DNA of 64,000 nt from Marsupella aquatica. Its lineage: Eukaryota > Plantae > Marchantiophyta. Numbering within the stretch: position 1 is the first letter of the stretch; each line of letters starts with the position of its first letter. The translations under genes were made by a program, and so were the position numbers. The notes under the pieces are model-generated. The model made no database searches. It had not been told where the DNA came from and saw nothing but the letters and a program-made list of their open reading frames with translations. Shown here piece after piece: positions 10,397-25,300 of this stretch. The stretch covers positions 17,390,563 to 17,454,562 of the forward strand of contig OZ316894.1 in NCBI GenBank assembly GCA_973895155.1, in the 5' to 3' direction.

Positions 10397-13300
10397 TTAG
10401 TATGGAGTTTGGCATAGCAGTGCAATTCCTTGCAGCACCCAAAAATCTGGTGTGGTGTTAGGATTAATGGAAAGGCTGACATTCAGAATATAGTTGGATG
10501 AAGCTCCAGTAGTTGTTAGCACACCTGCTCTAATATGTGTTTTATACAGAGGGCATTGGTACTCATTAGCTGGGGGCTTGTAGTTGATAGTGGGTATGAA
10601 ATGTACCACTGGCAATTTTGAGTAAATCTCACCTGCAATATCAATTCATTATCCTCTTGTGGGCTTAGTTAAATCTACCTTAAACAAAATATCATTGTTA
10701 CTCTCTGGACTTGTTCGAATTTTGACCACTGCAATCTAACATGCTTCTGATACACACATCATGCATTTTCTATACAGATGCCCCATTTGACCAAATAAAC
10801 TAATGGAAACCAGGTTTTCAAACTCTCAATTTCAAATATTACTCTAATAAAATGTCTGGAACATAAACTTTACGGCTTGAGATGGGCCTGAAGAATATAA
10901 AACTAAAATTGGGGACCATTAACTACTTGCGCTTTCCAATTGAAGCTTTCTTAGACATTCTCCCTCAGTGATCAATCATGTCGATTTATGAGTCAAACAA
11001 TTACTACAGTGTTGTAGTTTTGAGAGCATGATATATACTTTTACACAGTAATAGAATTGAGAGGAAATATCTATGCACATTGATAAGCCAAGAATACCTG
11101 GTAAAGCTTCAACCAAGCACTTGGATTTTCGATCCCAACGTGCACCATCCAACCAAAGGCCACTAATGTAGAGTCCATCGTCAGGATGACTTTTAACATC
11201 TGCTGCATCCTCAAAATCCATCACCTTAAATCCAAAGTTTAGTGTATCAATGGGTATTTGATACTTCCGGGCGTGATTCTGCAATGCACCTGTCATGAAA
11301 CCCTGCACTAATTGTATCCATTTTAGAAGATGACATGTCATAATTTCCTTCTGTTGGGCTCTAACCTGGTAACCATTGGAATGTCAAACAATGCCCAATA
11401 ACATAGCTTACTGTTACAAAAACTCACCTTGACTTCTGGATTTAGACATGCTTATGTCTATGCTTCTCCCTTTCTGTTCTAAATATAGTTTCTTATGTCC
11501 TGATATGCTATCATAGTGGATATGATCATACATCTAGTGTAGATGTCTGTCTAAATCTAAGCACTGTAAATAACACAAGGTAGGTCTACTTTGTATACTT
11601 AGGGGTATGATTGGTGAATTTAATTTAATTTGAGTAGCTTATCTTGAGAACCTGTGCATAAATGAAAGAAGTTTGATAATCTTGGTTGTCATACTTGAGG
11701 AAAGTAGAACCCTGGTAACCAATAACATGTTGGATTGCCTTCCGCAATCCAATTGGCATGAAAATTCATCCTCTTATTAAAGTCGACAATCCAAGACGTG
11801 AGAGGTTTTAAGGATGGATATGCCACCATGGACCACAATTCAGGAGTTTTATTTGCAATGAAGTTATTGAACATGGCTTCCAGCTCAGCTGACATGACTA
11901 CCAGTCCTTTGATCGCTCGTTGGAGCTCTTTCAATGTTAACTTCATCACTTTAAGAAGTCTACTGTACCTCTCTGCTTCCTGCTCATGCCAAGAAAATAG
12001 CTCAGACAGCTTTTCAATTTCATGCACAACATACCAGAGCCATATTCTATGTCTATAGGATTTTAAACTCATGTGACCTGTCAAACTCTTTTGGAGTTGG
12101 CCTAATGCCATGATGGTCAATAAAGACAACAAGACAGGAAACAAAGCAATTCCACTTTCTTTAAACCACCACTGGCCCTATATAAGGGGGAAGTGTCCAA
12201 TATTTCCCCATTTTCCACATCCCAGTCCCTTTTCTCCTCTCACCTGCCAGTTTGTTCCACAATTTCAGGGAAGGGTCACTTTTAATGGTAGCCATTGGTA
12301 ACCCATAGCTTTTAAAGGGCAGGTGTGGTTTAAGCAAACATTTTAATGAAAACATTCAGTGTCAGCTCTCAAAAGATAAAATCTGCAAAACCAATAAAGG
12401 AGAGACCACAATATATGGACCTTGCTCACAATTACTGAGACAATTAAGATACTACTCAAAGTTCTCAATAAGATCTACCTGCAGTAGGACCACTAAGAGG
12501 GAATTGACTTGTCCAGTAGGGCCAAACTCAGGTATATGGACAGTTGCATCTTCAGTGTTCAAGGGAGGAGGCAGCCCCTCGAGGAACTTCACCGACAACT
12601 CGAGGACAGCTTCACTGGCATTTTTCCCTGCTCCTCCACTGCTTGCCTTGGGTTGCATGCCAGCAATGCAATCCAGAATCTTGTTGCTTTCTTGATGTTG
12701 GAAAGTCAAGTTGGCATTTTCATGCATCCCAAATAAATCAGGGCCCTCAGTTGTTGGAAAGGTTTGGATATACTCTACATATGAAGCATGAGGACCTTCG
12801 GGAGGGGATTTATAAATTCCAGTTGATGTATAGGAGTAAGTGTCTGATAGAACTGCTGCATCATAGTAAATTCTCAATGTACTCTTGAGGCATCGTCGAT
12901 CAAGATCATCAGTCACTCGTCCTCCATAATTGATCTCACCTGCACGTTTTCAAATTCATTTGTTTAGATTTCTGGACAATTGGTTTAGTTTTCCACAAGG
13001 TCTTTTGTTCCTAAAGTGGTTTATGCCTAGATTCAAAGCATAATCAAGATAAACAAGCCTTGAACAGTCAAAATGATCAGAGCTCTGGAACACTACCATC
13101 ACAAGCATAACAGGCTTACTATGAATTATTAGAAAAATAACCATGGTGGAGGATTTGCCTTTGGTGTTAGTTACTAGGTATCCTTCCCTCCAGTAGTTAG
13201 AGATATTAAGGATCATGTTGAAGGAGGGAGACTACAGATTAAGAAAGTAATACTCTGTTATCTGTAACTAGGCATTATTTTGTCTTAGCTATCTAATTAA

Positions 13301-16300
13301 ATCATTTCTCAAGCAAAGTACATATGGGCTACTCATTACAGTAGTCTGACATGCACAGACTTTAAAATATTCTCTGAGTTCAATTTTGCTCCACCATGTT
13401 TTTTGTTGGATTTGCTCTAATTCAGAGCAGCCATGGTCTTAGTTGAGAAATATAGTTGGTAGTAAATTTTACGCAATAGCAACCTCTTATGTACCTGTAA
13501 CATATAAAAGTGCATGCCAAGGAATGTCGTCTTGCTCTTCCAGAAACATCTTGAGTGTTTGCAATGCACACTCCCAGTCACTATTGTTGAAATCATATTT
13601 CACATTCCATCCCAAAGGTCCGAATTTTCTTCTTTCTTGGATGACTGCATTACCAAATTTAAATCACTTATGCAGTGTTATTTGAACATAGATTGCCAAA
13701 ACCCACAATAGGAAAGTTAACCCCTGTCGTAAGGAAAATCTAACCCTCTTCTCCCTCAACATAACATAACAAGATGCACCAATCCTAGCTCGAGAATAAT
13801 GAGGTAATTAGAAATTTTAATTTGTTTCACTCAAGCCTTGGGAAGACCTCTTGCCTGCATGGAACATGGTAATGCCAAAGACAAGCTTTTTCCATGTACT
13901 CAATTTGGTACACTCTTCTAGGGATTGCTCCGTCATATTTGTGTAGGAGTTGAGCATGTTGGCGCGAACCCCTTTTGGAGGTTCATTTGTGAGTTTGATG
14001 CCATTCTACAGCAAACACAACCACATTCTAACATCTTGACATGGGTGATGTCATGAACCGAGACATAGATTGGGGAGTTCTTTGTTCGTTGTTAACTTTT
14101 AATTTTTTCATTGTCGATGGCCTGGAGCCTTCAAAATTCCACTCAAACATACAATGGAATAAGGTCTTTGTATGACATGGTCAATTACTCCAGACAAAAT
14201 CAAGGGAAATCTAAAATGGTCTGTGGAGGAAGGCCTTTAATTTTTTCATTGTCGATGGCCTGGAGCCTTCAAAATTCCACTCAAACATACAATGGAGTAA
14301 GGTCTTTGTATGACATGGTCAATTACTACAGACAAAATCAAGGGAAATCTAAAATGGTCTGTGGAGGAAGGTCTTTAACCCTCCTCACTAGACTACCTGG
14401 AAATTGAAACGCAAGGAACTGTTCATATAAATCTCAGTTGCAGCTAATAACAACTTTTTGAATATGCTTCTGAATTGGGGATGAAGTGTGTAACGAAAAT
14501 TTCTCCCAAGAGGAAATTGTCCAAATAAATGCCCCAGGGGCTTTCCATTTTGGACAACTCCTGACCTGGGAGGACTGTAAATAACTTTGAGTCATCACCG
14601 GAGATTTCTAAGTTCAGTGTCAACCGCATTCTGCACTCTGCCCTTTGCAGTCTTCGATCTACGCATTGCATTCTGTTCCTATTTACAAAGGAAACCTTCA
14701 GAGGGCCTAAAGCTAGTCTTGTGTTCTAGAGCATATCTCAATGATCAGTGAAACAACTGGCCTGAATAGTCAGTTGACATACCTGTAAAACTGGCACAGG
14801 GAAATCTTTTGATGGAAACGAGGTCAGCCATAGACGAAATTCTGAGTGAATGTCGGCTTTCTCAGGCAGAAACTTTTCTATGATACGCTCCATAGGAGTC
14901 ATCCATGAGCGAGCCAAATGACAATTCTGGAGGCAGACCCAATCTCCTGACTTTCTTGACTTTTGTATCAAGGTTTCTGCAACTGGGCCTTGACCTTGTC
15001 CCAAAGAGATCATATGGAGGCGATCTCCAGCTCTACGATTCATTTTCTCGGCAAATCTTTGCAGCATACCAGAGGGATCAGCTCCTGTCGTGAGTATGAA
15101 AATGATGGGAGTGATACAAGAAGTGTCCTTGTAGATATCTTCCAATGACAAAGGCACACTTCCGATGAACTGAGGCCCTAAATGTTTCCTCACAAAGTCC
15201 TCAATTCCAAACACTAGTTTTTCACCTCTCATCACCTTTAACATGAGAAGCTTTTGGAAGGGAGTTGTCTTGTCTGGCCATTTTGTGGGAAGTGTGAAGA
15301 GGTGAGGCTCGGTGGATTTGAAGTATCCCTGCCATTTGTCCCAGTGACTAGTAATGTCGTTGGTCAACCCTGTAAACGTTTCTGGAAGGGTTTCTTCAAG
15401 CTTGACAATGCTTAACCATACCCGTTCTGTTATGGACCTTGCATCTGGGTTCGGGAGTGCTCCCTCCACCTTTTTATCATTGCCTCCGATGAGGAAAAAT
15501 AGCCAATCACTTTGCTTGATTTCATCAAAGCTTCTCATGATAGATGTACAAATGAGAAAAGAGAATGTCAACTTGTGTTCTTCAAACAAGCCTCTTCGGA
15601 CACTAAAATAAAGAAATTCTGTCATGAAAGAAATGAGTATTTGCAACCGATCTTCAAGCACCTCAGATTTAGGACTTGCATCTATACACTGGTTGAAAAG
15701 TTGGCCGAAGTAGGTTAAAGAGTATTGATACATGGAATCAATGAGAGCAAGATCTGAGATGATGAAATATAGGATTGAGCCTCGGTTTGCAACTTTCCGG
15801 TACTCTTCTCGAGCTGCTTTGATTTCGATTTCGGTAACTTCTGCCTGCTTCACACGGCCTGAAATTACTCCTGATGTTACCTTAGAACTGTTAAGAGTAT
15901 TGATCAGCACCTCATCATCCAGAATGTTGCCTTCGCTCTCTTTCAGAAGCCTCAAGATTTTGTCTTCCAAATCTTTCAGTTGCTTCTTGTCACTGCTTAT
16001 GCTCACCACCAATCTGTCATTTTGCTCTTCTAACTCCGCACGTTCCTTCCTCACCACATCTCCAAGTAGTTGGTCTTCTAAACCTCTCATAGTTACGGTG
16101 AAATTGACAAGAGTGACCTTGATACAAACCTCCGGCAGATAGTGAGGATTCGGCAACTTTGTTGTCATGTACAGCTTAAAGTGCGGGTCATAGTCTACAT
16201 CTGTATCTCCAAGCCTGATCAACCAGCGGCCTTTCTTCTCAAAAACCTGTGCACAGTTTTCACTGTTGTTCAGCTGCTATGTCTTGTTACGTTGCATAAG

Positions 16301-19300
16301 TACATGTGAAGTGTCTGACAAACATTTGGCAGCCGCAACAGGACCGACAAGCTGGAATTAATGGGATCTAATGATGGAATAAAATATGATCTCATAGAAG
16401 GCAAACAGCTAGTCAAGATTACATTTAGTTGATCCAAAGACAGAGTCGAAGACAAAGAACCGTGACTGCTCCAATATGATAGGCATTTCGAAATATATGC
16501 AGACCAAGAAGAGAATGTAAAGTGCTCGCCTGCTTTTGCAAAATGGGTTCCAAAGCAGGATCGAGGGTGTCTCCTATGTCCTCCAGGAGCACCGGATTCC
16601 CAATTCTTATGCTGCTTTCGAGTGTTCTGAGCAGACTTGTGTCTGAAAGGCGAACAACACGTAACCCATTCTTGGCTTCCATGGCCTTTATCCAACTGTT
16701 TGCTTGTCCTTGCGGATCAATCATCAATGGCCATCTCCTTCCTCTTGTGACAAGAATTCCGTTGTCCACTGAAACACTGTCTGAGGGAAGGCCCCAAATG
16801 CTCCACTCTCGTACCTCAACTGGGGTTGCAAGAATTCCTCTCAACGAACAATCATCAGACACGGGGATGTCCTCATCCTAACAGCCAAAGAACATGAAGT
16901 CATTGCTAAGTGGCCGAGAACCTGTACCTGTACCTGTAGCACTTCACACTTTTTGAATCTCACCGTATTATCTCGTTACATAAGGCGCTCCACTAGTTCC
17001 GAATGGGTGCACAATCACTCGGGCAAGGATTTGAGACTGACATGAGTTCATGTCCAGTCAAATCCATGACATAACCATGAGATGTTACGATTAATTAAGG
17101 CAATGGATTTCTAGTACTTTCAATATTACCTTACACTGTTGGATCCAACTGCTAACAAGCTCTTCACGATAGATACCAGAGAAAGCCCCGTAGTAAGAGA
17201 TGCACACAGAGCACAAAAATACATCTCCTACGAGTAATTTCCTTTTCTCTCCAATGTCTGCGGCAGTTTCCCTCCATCGTACCTGTAATCATACGTAAGG
17301 GGATTCGATTATGACATGATCTAATAATTGTCCATTGGGACACTTTCTTCTCGACACGATTGAAAGTGTACCGTAGGTAATACATGATCTTTTCCTACGA
17401 GGAAGTGGACAATTTTGTGGAGCTCTACCAAACGTTTGCCATAAGGTTTGCAGCAATTAGTAAATATGCCTGCTAACATATGAATTTCAAGAGAGGGTGA
17501 AAGTCATCGGCGGTATAACACCCCAAACACCAGATCCTATATTCGTTCATTTTCATTAATGGCCATCTCAAATTCTTCCAATCCCAAATTGTCCCAAAAA
17601 ATCTAGAAAAGCTCACTACTGTAACGAGGAAAATCTGGAGTGTTAGGCACATCTGCTCAATTTCGTTCTGAAGACCAGCCCTCTAGTAGTAAGCAATCAA
17701 AATTTTCATGTTTGCTCAAAAGTATGTTCTGTATGTCCAAAGCTCAAGAACTGATGCGCCCAATGAGCAAGCTCAAAGGAAACTATGGCAGTCAAACCGG
17801 AGAAGAAAAGCATACCGCTTCGTCCCCAAGAGCAGCAGTGAGCTTGCCTGCCCTTATGAGACGATTCTCAGTTAATATTGCTTGAGCTTGGAGCCCATCC
17901 ATATCACCTTGAACAACATCCAAATTAGCCTTGAGCTTGGCAACTTGTGCTTCTACATCTGCCAATTGCTTTTGCTTCTTTTCAAGCATATCTGCTGAAG
18001 CTTTTAGTGCTGTCTCTGCCTCAAACAGTGCAGCTTTTTTAGGCGCAACCACTTTTGCTATATCGGCGTAGACGTTCATGGCACGGACCCACATACACAT
18101 GCTCGTTGCAGCATTACTTTGCTTTTGCACACTCTCAGGAACAAATTGAGGGTCATTGATGTACTTTTGCAGCTTTTTTTGTACAGCAGCGGTGATTGAA
18201 TCTTTGTTGAACTCCATAAGGCGCTTGATAAAGTTCACATCCATCATAATCTGACAGCAAGATTGAACAAGGCTTATAGATGAATGTTTGGACACATCTG
18301 AGACAAGATTTGGTTGATTGAAGTTTCAGCGCGAGTTTCTCTGGAAGTTCAGTTAGGCCACCGGTGCCAAATATTTTGTGACAAATGTGGGCTGCTTTTC
18401 CCTAATTATTGATTATGTACATTAAATGAAACTTTCACAGAAACACAGAAAAGATATTTGGACACGAATGTAACCTTTTTGGCCGAATCCCATCCTATTG
18501 GCTCTCCCAAGAGAAGAGAGATTGCTTCCATAGTCATGAGCACCAGAGGAGGTGGCTTGATGAATGATTTCATTTCTGTAATGTCAGCTTTGTTCAATGA
18601 GTTCAGTGCATCGATTGCTGCATTCAGAGCAGGCAAAGCTACGTCGAGATCTTTCTGTGCATCATCTTTGATGATTTGCGTCTCGGCGGCTTGTATTTTG
18701 ACTTGAGCTTCCTCAATAGCAACAGCCTCCTTCACCTGTCATGACGGAAAATATTCTTGTATCATTTATCATTACGAACGAGGTTACGATACAAACATCA
18801 TTTTTTAAAAGAAAAAGTTAAACGGATGACGTGGGAGGTGAAACTTGTCAAAAAGAAACTAAGATTGCATTCCAGTTTAGCGGCAAATTCGGAACAACAT
18901 CAAAGATATTATAGAAGTTACCTTATTCGCAGCTGCTGCTTCGATAGTAACCTCATGGAGAAGTTTGTTTGTGATGATTGACTTCTCCGCCAATACTGGT
19001 TGTAAGTCTCCTAGTTCAATCTACACATGTTCAGGAATTAGAAACGGTCAGGTTGGGCTCCATTCTTTCGGCACGGCACTCAGGGTCTTCACCAACTGAA
19101 TGATTGTCCATCAAGAAGTTGGGTTACACATCACGGGATTTACAACAATGTCAACATTAAAAAACGATTTCACAAGGAATTGCACGCTAACCTTCATGGT
19201 AGCTATAAGCTCGTTAGTTTCTTTGAGTTTGTTGAGACCATTTACAAGTCGATCTTGCGCAGCAAAACTCTCTTTTCGTTTCTCTGTCAATAACTCCACA

Positions 19301-22300
19301 TAGAGATTGACACAGTCTAGATAAGACTTGGGAGTTATGTAGTATTTCCTCTTTAACTCATCGAAGAACCTCGTTGCCATGTTGGAAACTGATGTGTGGA
19401 TTGACACACACATACTTGCCACCTTTTTCTTCAGCTGGTATCTCAAAATTCCCAAACACCATACCCATAAGTTAGCACATTTCCACAATTGACAAAGTAT
19501 ACTTGACAGAGTACCTTTTTTTGAAATACTTTCGTTGTTTAAACGAGAAAACGTAGGAGCATTTACACGTAGATTGAAAAGTTATATTTAAGTACAGGTC
19601 GATAGATACGAAATTGGAAATTTGATGCCTAAGTGAGTTCAGCAGTGGAATTGATTGATCCATTTGTTTATTCTGCGAATGAAGTGGACATTATTTTGTC
19701 AAGAGAAAGTTGCACTAACAGCTTACCAAGTCGGAACCCAGATCCACCATTCCCAAGAAATGGTTACTCACGGTTAACAGAGCTTCTTCGGGCCAATCAT
19801 CAAACCAATCTATAGTGCAACAATTAATTAGAGATGGGAATTGGCGGCATCTTGATCTAAAAGACTCCCCCACGGGACTCATGCAGAGTACCACGTGAAT
19901 AAATTCCCGTGACCTGTTGATGAAACAATTATACAGGGAATCCTTTGTCAATGGGATACCAAGGGTGAGGGCATGTTCTCGAATATCTGCACATATTCTA
20001 TCTTTTTCTTCACCGGTGAATAACCCAGGAACCTCCCCCGAGTTAAGCAAATTGTTGATGTCTTCCACAAAGCCCTCGTTCACAATCTGAGTATCGGTGA
20101 ACAAGAACGTGATGGGCTTGCCACCAATCCCTGCACATCACAATCATCGATATTTGTTAAAGACACCTAGCATCTCAATGGGCAGAGGTGCGCGTTCAAG
20201 AATCTGGTAAAAAAATCAGATCCTTTGTTAACGTCTCAAATTATTGGAATTAGAATCTGAAATGAAGACTATTCACCCAGAAATTCGGTATCGAAGTGAG
20301 AAATATGGTTCCACCTAGGTTTCAGTTTCATTTTCCTTGAACTGAAATAGTTCTAGAATATGGCAACCGGGATGGCAACATCCACATGGAGCCAGTTCAG
20401 TGCAATCTAGAGTCTTTCTTTGGCATCAGATTATTTACATAAGCATTCCCCACTAAAATCGAGTCACTAATAGAGAACTTACCAGCAATCGTGTACAGTC
20501 TCTTCAAGTCTTCTCTGAACTCAAAGTTGCTATATCCTTTTGTAAGCTCGATTTGAAAGCACTCATAGTCGGATAAGAAACATGAATATCTCGTAAGGCT
20601 TTGCTTCCCAGATCCACCAACTCCAACCAACATAGCATTGCCCCTAGGCTGTCGCAAAACGCGTGTCACCCTTGCTACATGGGCAATGGCATCTGTGAAG
20701 AACACAAGTTTCATGACCTTTGGGGTGCTCATATTGTAATCTTCAAGGTAATCTTTGAAAAGGCCTGGAAGTTTCTTAAATTCGACAACCTGAAACACGC
20801 CGACACAATGTAAGTTCCAGCTTGGACTCAGGCATAGCACAATTCGTTGGAGATCGGCTCCTCCACAATCTGTAGTGATCATCACACCGGAAGTACGTGG
20901 AGAAGGCTGAATTCTCCAATTCTCACGCAAATACAAATCCATGAAACAAACGCATGCTAACTGTTGACTTGTCACGATTGCTGGTGTACTAGTGTAATAG
21001 TACGAGTGCGTGTTGCAAACATGATATTACAAATTAAATCAATTCACTTTTCCCTTTCAACGAATTAGTATGGATACTGTGATTCTGCTAGATTAATGTA
21101 AGCGTTTGTGAAGGGACAACCTCTACGAAGTAGACAAGGAATAATTGCCCTGTAAAAAGCCAGGGCCAACAATGCAGGTGCCTAAGGATAGAATATGAGC
21201 GGAATTCTTCACGTTTCCTTGTGGTCACAGTGAAAGGCCCACCTGTTCATAACGACGATCTTCAGCTGCATATCCGGGCTTAAGAAAATCTACCCACATG
21301 ATGGTTTGGTCCTCAAAAATTTCTTTGTGGCTTTCCAAGGTTTCCATACCGCGCTTGAGTTGCTCGTGAACCATCGTTGTGAAGTAAAGTTTGTCCTCTT
21401 TGTTAATGAGACGGTCATGGAAAACCCTCATACTTTCATGGATCCAAAGAGCACGGAGCTGTTTCTTTGTTGTACAGTCTGAAGGCCTCACCATCAATAT
21501 ACCCTACTCACCACAATGATACAAGTCAAAGAGAAGTTACTGGATGAGGTGAGTCTTTTGCAACTTCAGACTTTTCTTTCCCGTCAAGACATGAATCCAC
21601 ATGAAGTCGAAGGTAAAATATTTGTTAAATGTATAGAGTATTTTGTTTCCAAATTATCGATCAATGACTTGTCCATTGGGTAAATAGCCGAAGCCCATCT
21701 TCTTATCTTGATGTCAGTAATTACTTTTGTACCTATGCAGACTCGGAACCCCTTCTCTGGTTCAAAGGTGGCATCTGGGAGGACAATACAATCATTAGCT
21801 CATGAGACAAATGAGAACCTGAAATATTTTGGAGACGTCACGAAGATTGAAAGTATAATGAGACTTTGCAGGCGTTGGGAGAAGCTCCTGACTCATTCGA
21901 ATGAACACCTCTATGCTCGAGTCCACAATTGGTTTCGCATAAGGCTTACACTCAGCAGCAAAAGGAGTGAGAAACCCAGTAAGAATAGCCCCAAAGATAG
22001 TCCGCATAGCTGTATGTGTTGGGGGCTGCACACTTATCATACTGAAATGTCGGAAAAACCTAGGTGTAACCTGGATCACAAAATTATTACTGTTGGTTCT
22101 TTGTCACTGAAACGTCTCATAACAGACGTGCCATGGGAAACGTCGAAATATCATGGGCTGAACCTGGAAATTTGAGCTCTGTATGTGAAAGAAAGATATG
22201 ATACCTCATTTCGACCTCCACCCGGCGGTCCACAAGCTGCTGTAATAGTCATGTCAGTAATTTCCTTCCAAAAGAGCAGCACACGGTCATAAAATCCTCG

Positions 22301-25300
22301 AAAGTCTTGAAATTGGCGAAGAAGCTCTATGGGTGGTTGTGCAAAATACTTCTCCCTCATTGGCATGTTCACATCATCCACGAACAGGACGATCTTCTTG
22401 CCGAATGGCCCTCCAAATTTGTTCTTCCCCTTCTTTTCCAGTTTGCTTTCGATAGCCTCCTGAAAAAGGACATTCAGATTTATGTGCGAATCCCTTCCAT
22501 TCATTTCTTTCCTTGTCTGAATTGAAGTGAAATGTTAGTCCAGCGCAGTCCCCATCATCGAAAAACAATTGGAATTCACTAAGATCAAGATCATGTGCCT
22601 CGAGAGGTAATGTACCTAATACAGGGACACACTTCAAAACAAGTTCAGATTATACCTGGGTAGCAAGGGCTGTTGTTTGGGCACTGAAGTTGAGTACTAT
22701 TGCCATCATGTCCTTGCTCTCCCGTAGCTTAGTTATGAGGTCCAGCACAATTGCACTTTTCCCTGCTCCTGACACACCGGAGAAGAGACTGGAACGCCCG
22801 ACCTCCAAGTTCATCTCAAATAGCCATCCAAGTCTGGTTGTGTCTAATGTAGGGACTATCAGAGAAAAGAAAGAAGCCTTAGGATTATATGTGAAAGCAG
22901 GTACGACTTCCTCCCACGGTGAGAGATTGTTATCTTTAACATTGCAGTAGTACTCAAACACCGTGTCTCCTCCTGGGAACGCAGCCATAGGTTCACACTC
23001 CTTCCTCATGAAGTTATCAAATGCCTCTATACTTGTATGCTTGATGTTGCCTCCAATCGACCAAACAAATGCAAAAGCAAATAGTCTGCTCAACGTAGCT
23101 GCTGTTATATCAGTGAATTCTCCCCCTATTTTGATCCCTTTCGATGGTTGCAGTAGTCCTTGTATGTAAAAGCACAAGCTTGTAACTATGTTGATGTCTA
23201 CTGAAGGAATATTTTCTGTCATCTTAGCTCGAAGAAACTTGAGCCCTATGTCCACCCACTCGTTAAATATTGTCAGAATATAAGTATGAGCTTTAGGTGA
23301 TAAAACTATGTCGATTTCCTTGGGGAATCGTGCCAGCCAAGAAATGACATACGGCTTCCATCCCAATTCTTCTGGGGGAACATACACCATGCCACATCTA
23401 CTCACCGTTGCAGGGGATGCCACTGCAAGATCTTGAACTTCAAAGAGCATCCTCATTGTGGTTGGATTGAGTTTTATACGCTCCCCATTAGGCAAGCAGA
23501 GGATGCAATTATCATCCAGCACGGTGTTCATACTTTCAATCCATATTGCATCAACAGGTCCATCAAAAACAATCCACTTTCTATCAGAGGTTGTGTCGGC
23601 AACACAACCCCTTATGATGGTGCTCGCTAGACCATCTCTCCATTCATTGGTGAGCAGATTATACTCTCCATACAACTCCCCCATCTTGATGCATTTGGGA
23701 TTGAGAACGTATGCATGGGTAGTTTGAAAAGCAACATTAGGATGGTCCTTTCCTCGTAACTTTGTCATGGCATTCTTTAGCATGTTGTAGCATGTAGTCT
23801 TACCACCTCCTGTTGGCCCGACTGCCATCACTCCGAAACGAACACTTAATGTTTCAAAGAGTTGAATGACTTTAATCACAAATTTCTCCACTATTTGTAA
23901 GCCTGCTTCCAGTAGACACTCTTCAATTGCTAGTTTAAGCTCTCCGAAGTCTTGTGGTGGAATCACAACTCCAGGGAAAAGATCGGAGATAATGGCCATG
24001 AATAGACTCACATCTTGTGCCAAAAACTTAGGAAGATTGCTGTCTTTGAATGCCCGAATCAAGACAACGTCTTCTACAAGTGTAGGATTTGCTCGCTTAA
24101 GGGCCCCTGCCATGACAAGTACTGATTTGACAGCCCTCATACCGAAGTCATAGTGATCTTGTTGACTCAATTGTTCACTGGAGAGTTTGTACAATTTTAC
24201 CATCTTTCTTGACAAGACTTTTGCATTGGCAAAGCCTTCAGAGAAGAGCATGACCTCAGCCACCAATGCATAGTCTGGAATCATCATAGATACAGGTCTA
24301 AATAGAACCTTGAGATTGTCTGGCAGTTCTGTTCGTCCGGCATACCCAGGGTTCATAGTGATGAAGACTCCACAAGTTGGCAAGAGCTTTATCTCTCTTC
24401 CTTCAAAGTTGAAACGTGCGAGCCTAGCTTTTAGAGCGTTTTGAATTGTGAGCAGTTGTTGAGCAACCACAGAGAGCACCTCAATATCGATACGATTGAA
24501 CTCATCAAAACATGCCCAAGCACCACATTGTGCAAGTCCTGCAAAAAACTTCCCCATGAACTGGACCAAAGATGTGGATTTTTCAGTGTTAGAACAAAAT
24601 ACCCAGCCATCTGTGATAACCATATCCATGCTACATAAATTCATGATATCATGAAGTCTACCATAAATTTCATGAATACTAAAATGTACCGGACAATTCC
24701 TTGGGCATTAAGCTGAGTGTTGATGCAAACAATGCATCGCATATCTTAAGAATGTGCATGAGGTGTCAGTCACAGTACCCTAAAATCCAGATTGTCACCA
24801 CAATTGAAGACCACACATTGTATTCCAAGAGCTTTGCCAAGATCCTTAGTAGTCTCTGTCTTGCCTGTCCCGGCAGGTCCAGCTGGGGCGCCTCCGAGCT
24901 TCAAATGCAATGCACCCGTAAGGGTCATGTAGCAGCGGTCTGTGAGAGGAGTAATGACAAGCCTCGGTTGCGCACCAAGGTACTCATACGCATAAAGAAA
25001 ACGGGCGTTTGTTTGGCGTATGGTGCTATCTTCAAGCTCGTCATCCCAGTAGTAGCGTAATTGCATTTGCCATCCAAAGTCAGTGGATTTGAAAATCTTT
25101 TCTCTGCACCATCCAAGAGAAACTGTCCAAATAGATTGTGGGTAATGTGTAGACAGTCTACCAAGTAAGAAACAAATACTAAGAATTATATGGTACAAGT
25201 GCATCAGAGCCACAGAGTTAGGACTTGAAAATCTGAGGTCTGTAGACTGAAAGCTAATTTGCAAACACCAACACTGTAAACACTCTCTTTGAATTTAGCT

